Shown here piece by piece: positions 60,792-64,000 of a DNA stretch of 64,000 nt. The notes beneath the pieces are model-generated. The model saw nothing but the letters and a program-made list of their open reading frames with translations, was not told where the DNA came from and ran no database searches. The stretch is taken from contig JAEOUA010000010.1 of NCBI GenBank assembly GCA_016839555.1, positions 128,001-192,000 on the forward strand, in the 5' to 3' direction. The stretch comes from Promethearchaeota archaeon. GTDB lineage: Archaea > Asgardarchaeota > Lokiarchaeia > Sigyniarchaeales > SOKP01. The position numbers and the translations under genes were made by a program. How positions within the stretch are numbered: position 1 is the first letter of the stretch; every line of letters begins with the position of its first letter.

Positions 60792-62150
60792 TTGGTTAAT
60801 CTTCTGATGAAAAAATTATATAAGAATAATATAGACTTTTATTTTTTAATTAGTTTATTAATTGGAACAATTCTAAGAGTTTTTATGTTCTTAAATAACT
60901 ATATAGTTCCTGATACATATCTATACTTCGATGCTACAATTGACTTGCTTAAAAACGATTATAATTCGTTTAGACCACCTGGATTTTCTATTACAATTCT
61001 TCCTTTTTTATTATTAATAGGTAGTGGTCCTTTATCAGCACGATTAACTTCTCTAAGTTTTAGTATCTTTTTAATAATCTGTTCTTATTTTGTATTTACT
61101 AAAGCTTCCTTGAAATTATTAAATAGGGACAAAAATAATAAATTAAAAGCAAAATTCGTAGGTTTCATAGTAAGTTTTTTAATATCATTTAATCTTTTCT
61201 TCATATTTAATAGTGGCAAAGGATTAAGAGAAGAGCTTTTAGCAGTTTTAATTATAATTATTTTTTATTTCACCATTATAAAGGACAAAACGAATTTAAG
61301 GGAAAATATTTATTTAGCAATTTTGGTTTGCTTATTAGCTCTTACGCATCTCTCGGCAGGAATTTTTGTGACTATCGGAATTTTCCTATTCTTCGCAGTT
61401 TCTAAATTGAAATTCTTTAAATATAATAACATTTCAAACTCAAAGATATTAATTATTTTTCTAGCCACCTCCATCTCATTTTTATTTTGGGGATTATACT
61501 CTTATTATAAATTTGGAGATTTTTTATATAATCTTCATTATCAAAATTTATGGTTTAAAAAATGGTATAATTTAGATTTGTTTTCTTCGGTTGATGATAT
61601 AATTAATGCATTACAAAATGCGGTAAAATTTGGAATTCCAACTGAATTACTATATCTTATTAGTTTAATTGGTTTTGTATTAATGATTCTGTTTTTTTTT
61701 ATGTTAATTGTTAATATTAAAGAAAGACAAATGTTTTTTATTTTTATAGTACTTTTGATTAATTTTGCTTATCTAAGCATATTTTTAGGTGTTCAAGGCA
61801 AATTAATGATTCCTAAAACTCCAGGGCATGAGCCTAGCCCAAGATTGATAATATATTTTTTTCCATTTATCTTTTATTTAGGTGCTCTCCCCCTAGGAAT
61901 TTCGTTTAAAGAATCGAAAATTATCAATTGGCAGTCAAAAAATTATTCTGAACTCTTATTAATTATTTATTTCTTATCATATCCTATACATGGCATACAG
62001 TTTTTTCTTATTAATATTTCTCTTTTGCAATCTTTTCTGATTGGTTTTAGTATATTTATTTTTTTAATAAATGAATTACCATTATTGATTTATATAATGA
62101 AAAACAGAAATAAGGACTATTATTTTCTTAAAGCATCATCTAACTATTAA
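60792..62150 (+). CDS. GT-C fold membrane glycosyltransferase, paralog 4
   Basis: PDTYLY...RPPGFS, GLREE, FGD, PRL. Confidence 0.7.
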   Translation: MVNLLMKKLYKNNIDFYFLISLLIGTILRVFMFLNNYIVPDTYLYFDATIDLLKNDYNSFRPPGFSITILPFLLLIGSGPLSARLTSLSFSIFLIICSYFVFTKASLKLLNRDKNNKLKAKFVGFIVSFLISFNLFFIFNSGKGLREELLAVLIIIIFYFTIIKDKTNLRENIYLAILVCLLALTHLSAGIFVTIGIFLFFAVSKLKFFKYNNISNSKILIIFLATSISFLFWGLYSYYKFGDFLYNLHYQNLWFKKWYNLDLFSSVDDIINALQNAVKFGIPTELLYLISLIGFVLMILFFFMLIVNIKERQMFFIFIVLLINFAYLSIFLGVQGKLMIPKTPGHEPSPRLIIYFFPFIFYLGALPLGISFKESKIINWQSKNYSELLLIIYFLSYPIHGIQFFLINISLLQSFLIGFSIFIFLINELPLLIYIMKNRNKDYYFLKASSNY

Positions 62151-62255
62151 GATCTTTTTAAACTAAAGAATAAATAAGTGTTATAAAAAGCTTTTAATTA
62201 TTTATAAAATTATTTAGAAAAATATCAGATTAAATTTAATATAAAGGTTTTTAGA

Positions 62256-63614
62256 TTGTTAAATTCCTTAGATAAAATTGATAAGTATTTTATAATAGTG
62301 CTAATAATTGGGATAATTTTAAGAATAATTTCTTTAATATTTATTCCTATAGGACCAGATTATATTTCTTATATTAATGCAGCAAGGGGTATTATCGAGT
62401 TTGATTATTATAAATATAATAGCTTCCGCCCTCCTGGTTTTTCAATACTAATTATCCCTTTTTTATTTATTACAATGAATAATTATATCTTGTCAGCTAA
62501 ATTAGTATCTTTTTCCTGCAGTATTTTATTAATTATCTACTCATATCACATATTTACCAAAGCATCTATTAAATTATATGGAAAAAATGAAAAAAAACCA
62601 AAAATAATTGGATTAATAGTTAGTTTTTTAATATCATTAAATCTTTATTTTGCTGTAAATACAGGAAGAGGCTTGAGAGAAGATTTATTAGCACTTTTAT
62701 TCATATTAGCTTTCTATTTTACCATTATAAAAGAAGAAATGGACTTAAAAGATAATATATATTTAGCTCTTTCAATCTCATTTCTTTCGCTTACTCTTCT
62801 TTCAGCTGGACTCTTCTTTGTTGCTGGAATTATCTTGTTTTTTTTAATTTCAAAATTAAAGATTTTTAAATTTAAAGGTCTAAGGATAAAAAAAGTATAT
62901 ATAATTACATTAGCTTTTATTTCTGCTTTCGCTTTTTGGGCATTATTTTCTGCGCTTTCTGTGGGAAATCCATTATACAATTGGTCAAGGCAAGGAAGCT
63001 TTTTTAAAGAAAAACATGACCTTGATTTATCAACAATGGATGGATTAATTGAGGCATTATTAAATGCCCTAATTTTGGGTATTCCTTTTGAAATATATTA
63101 TTTATTTCTCTTAATCAGTCTCGTTTTTACATTTTTAGTTTTCTATATATTATTAAAAAATTATAAGCAAAAACAAGTTTTATTAATTATTTTTATTGTA
63201 GGCATTAATTTTCTATATATTAGCATTTTTATGGCTCCGAGTAAAATAATTCTTATTCCTAACCACCCAAGAGTTATGATTTATTTCTTTCCCTTTATTT
63301 TTTATTTAGGTGCTATTCCTCTAACAAATATTTTTATAGAATTTCAAGAAAGAAAAAATAGCAATTTATTCGATATTAAACTCATATTCTACCTATTTTT
63401 AATATCATATAGCGTGCAAGGTATTCTTTATTGGTTTGATTATCATGGTTATCCCCCTCCAATCCATATCATATTATTACCTTTATATTTGATTGATGAG
63501 GTATTTCTCTGCATCATTCTAATTAAAAGCAAAAAATTGGAACATTATCTTATAAAAGAGATTGTTGATCTTAATTCCAATCAACAAAATAAATCTAACA
63601 ATATCAAGCCCTAA
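62256..63614 (+). CDS. GT-C fold membrane glycosyltransferase, paralog 5
   Basis: PDYISY...RPPGFS, GLRED, GNPL, PRV. Confidence 0.7.
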   Translation: MLNSLDKIDKYFIIVLIIGIILRIISLIFIPIGPDYISYINAARGIIEFDYYKYNSFRPPGFSILIIPFLFITMNNYILSAKLVSFSCSILLIIYSYHIFTKASIKLYGKNEKKPKIIGLIVSFLISLNLYFAVNTGRGLREDLLALLFILAFYFTIIKEEMDLKDNIYLALSISFLSLTLLSAGLFFVAGIILFFLISKLKIFKFKGLRIKKVYIITLAFISAFAFWALFSALSVGNPLYNWSRQGSFFKEKHDLDLSTMDGLIEALLNALILGIPFEIYYLFLLISLVFTFLVFYILLKNYKQKQVLLIIFIVGINFLYISIFMAPSKIILIPNHPRVMIYFFPFIFYLGAIPLTNIFIEFQERKNSNLFDIKLIFYLFLISYSVQGILYWFDYHGYPPPIHIILLPLYLIDEVFLCIILIKSKKLEHYLIKEIVDLNSNQQNKSNNIKP

Positions 63615-63716
63615 TTTGGAAATCAAACATAAATATATTTAATCAAATAAATTTTATTTTTTAAAAACAATGATATATTATAATATTGTAAAAAAATGAT
63701 TTTATAAGAGAAAAAA

Positions 63717-64000
63717 ATGCATCCAGAAGTATATTACAAATTCGAAGAAATTTTAGTTAGGAATAACATTAATGGTAAAGTTTTAGAAATTGGGGCAGTT
63801 CCAAGTAATGAATCTTTATTAGCTTCAAAAACCCTAGATAAAGCTTCAGAAAAAATTGGACTAAATATAAATAAGGCGGCGAATTATAAAGATTTCAAAA
63901 TTATAGAGGGAAATTCTAACAATATGGAACAATTCAATGATGAGACATTTGATTGTATAATTAGCAATGCTACTTTAGAGCATGACAAATTCTTTTGGAA
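63717..64000 (+). CDS. Class I SAM-dependent methyltransferase, 3'-truncated by the window edge
   Basis: Manual translation: MHPEVYYKF...KVLEIGA...IIEGNSNNM..FNDETFDCIISNATLEHDKFFW. Confidence 0.8.
   Translation, partial: MHPEVYYKFEEILVRNNINGKVLEIGAVPSNESLLASKTLDKASEKIGLNINKAANYKDFKIIEGNSNNMEQFNDETFDCIISNATLEHDKFFW

Noticed and set aside
3255-62980. Short antisense or overlapping ORFs in the track (e.g. 3255-3455, 4740-4940, 5140-5367, 18478-18807, 35446-35769, 38105-38557, 46199-46405, 58513-58911, 62714-62980)
   Set aside because: They lie within well-supported genes on another frame or strand and show no recognisable motifs; treated as shadow ORFs.
19056-63614. Homopolymer A/T runs in the acyltransferase and GT-C genes as phase-variation tracts
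   Set aside because: Such runs occur throughout this AT-rich window, and the broken copies are truncated by rearrangement rather than frameshifted at a run.

Overview
A very AT-rich 64-kb window, most likely from an Asgard archaeon of the Lokiarchaeia/Promethearchaeota type. That assignment is inferred from a divergent eukaryote-like actin, a candidate uDENN/longin protein, an archaeal-type TopA with Zn fingers, a thiolase + HMGS-like/DUF35 pair and GGAGGTG-type Shine-Dalgarno sites. Main discovery: the MoxR AAA+ ATPase gene at 11065-12008 (- strand), which the ORF track shows only as a 144-aa fragment, is interrupted by three 30-31 nt insertions. Each insertion folds into a bulge-helix-bulge (BHB) type motif. 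Cutting at the canonical tRNA-splicing-endonuclease positions restores an intact 283-aa MoxR (GEPG^TGKT, KRL^NDS, DEIDKAD^IEFPNDLL). This is a candidate multi-intron mRNA in an Asgard archaeon. The window also has a large tandem array of acyltransferase-3 genes (9 intact plus 3 fragments, and one dispersed copy), a five-gene tandem array of GT-C-type glycosyltransferases beside a GtrA-like flippase, a sulfotransferase, sulfatases, methyltransferases, and a sugar-catabolism cluster. I recognised no tRNA, rRNA, CRISPR array or IS element.
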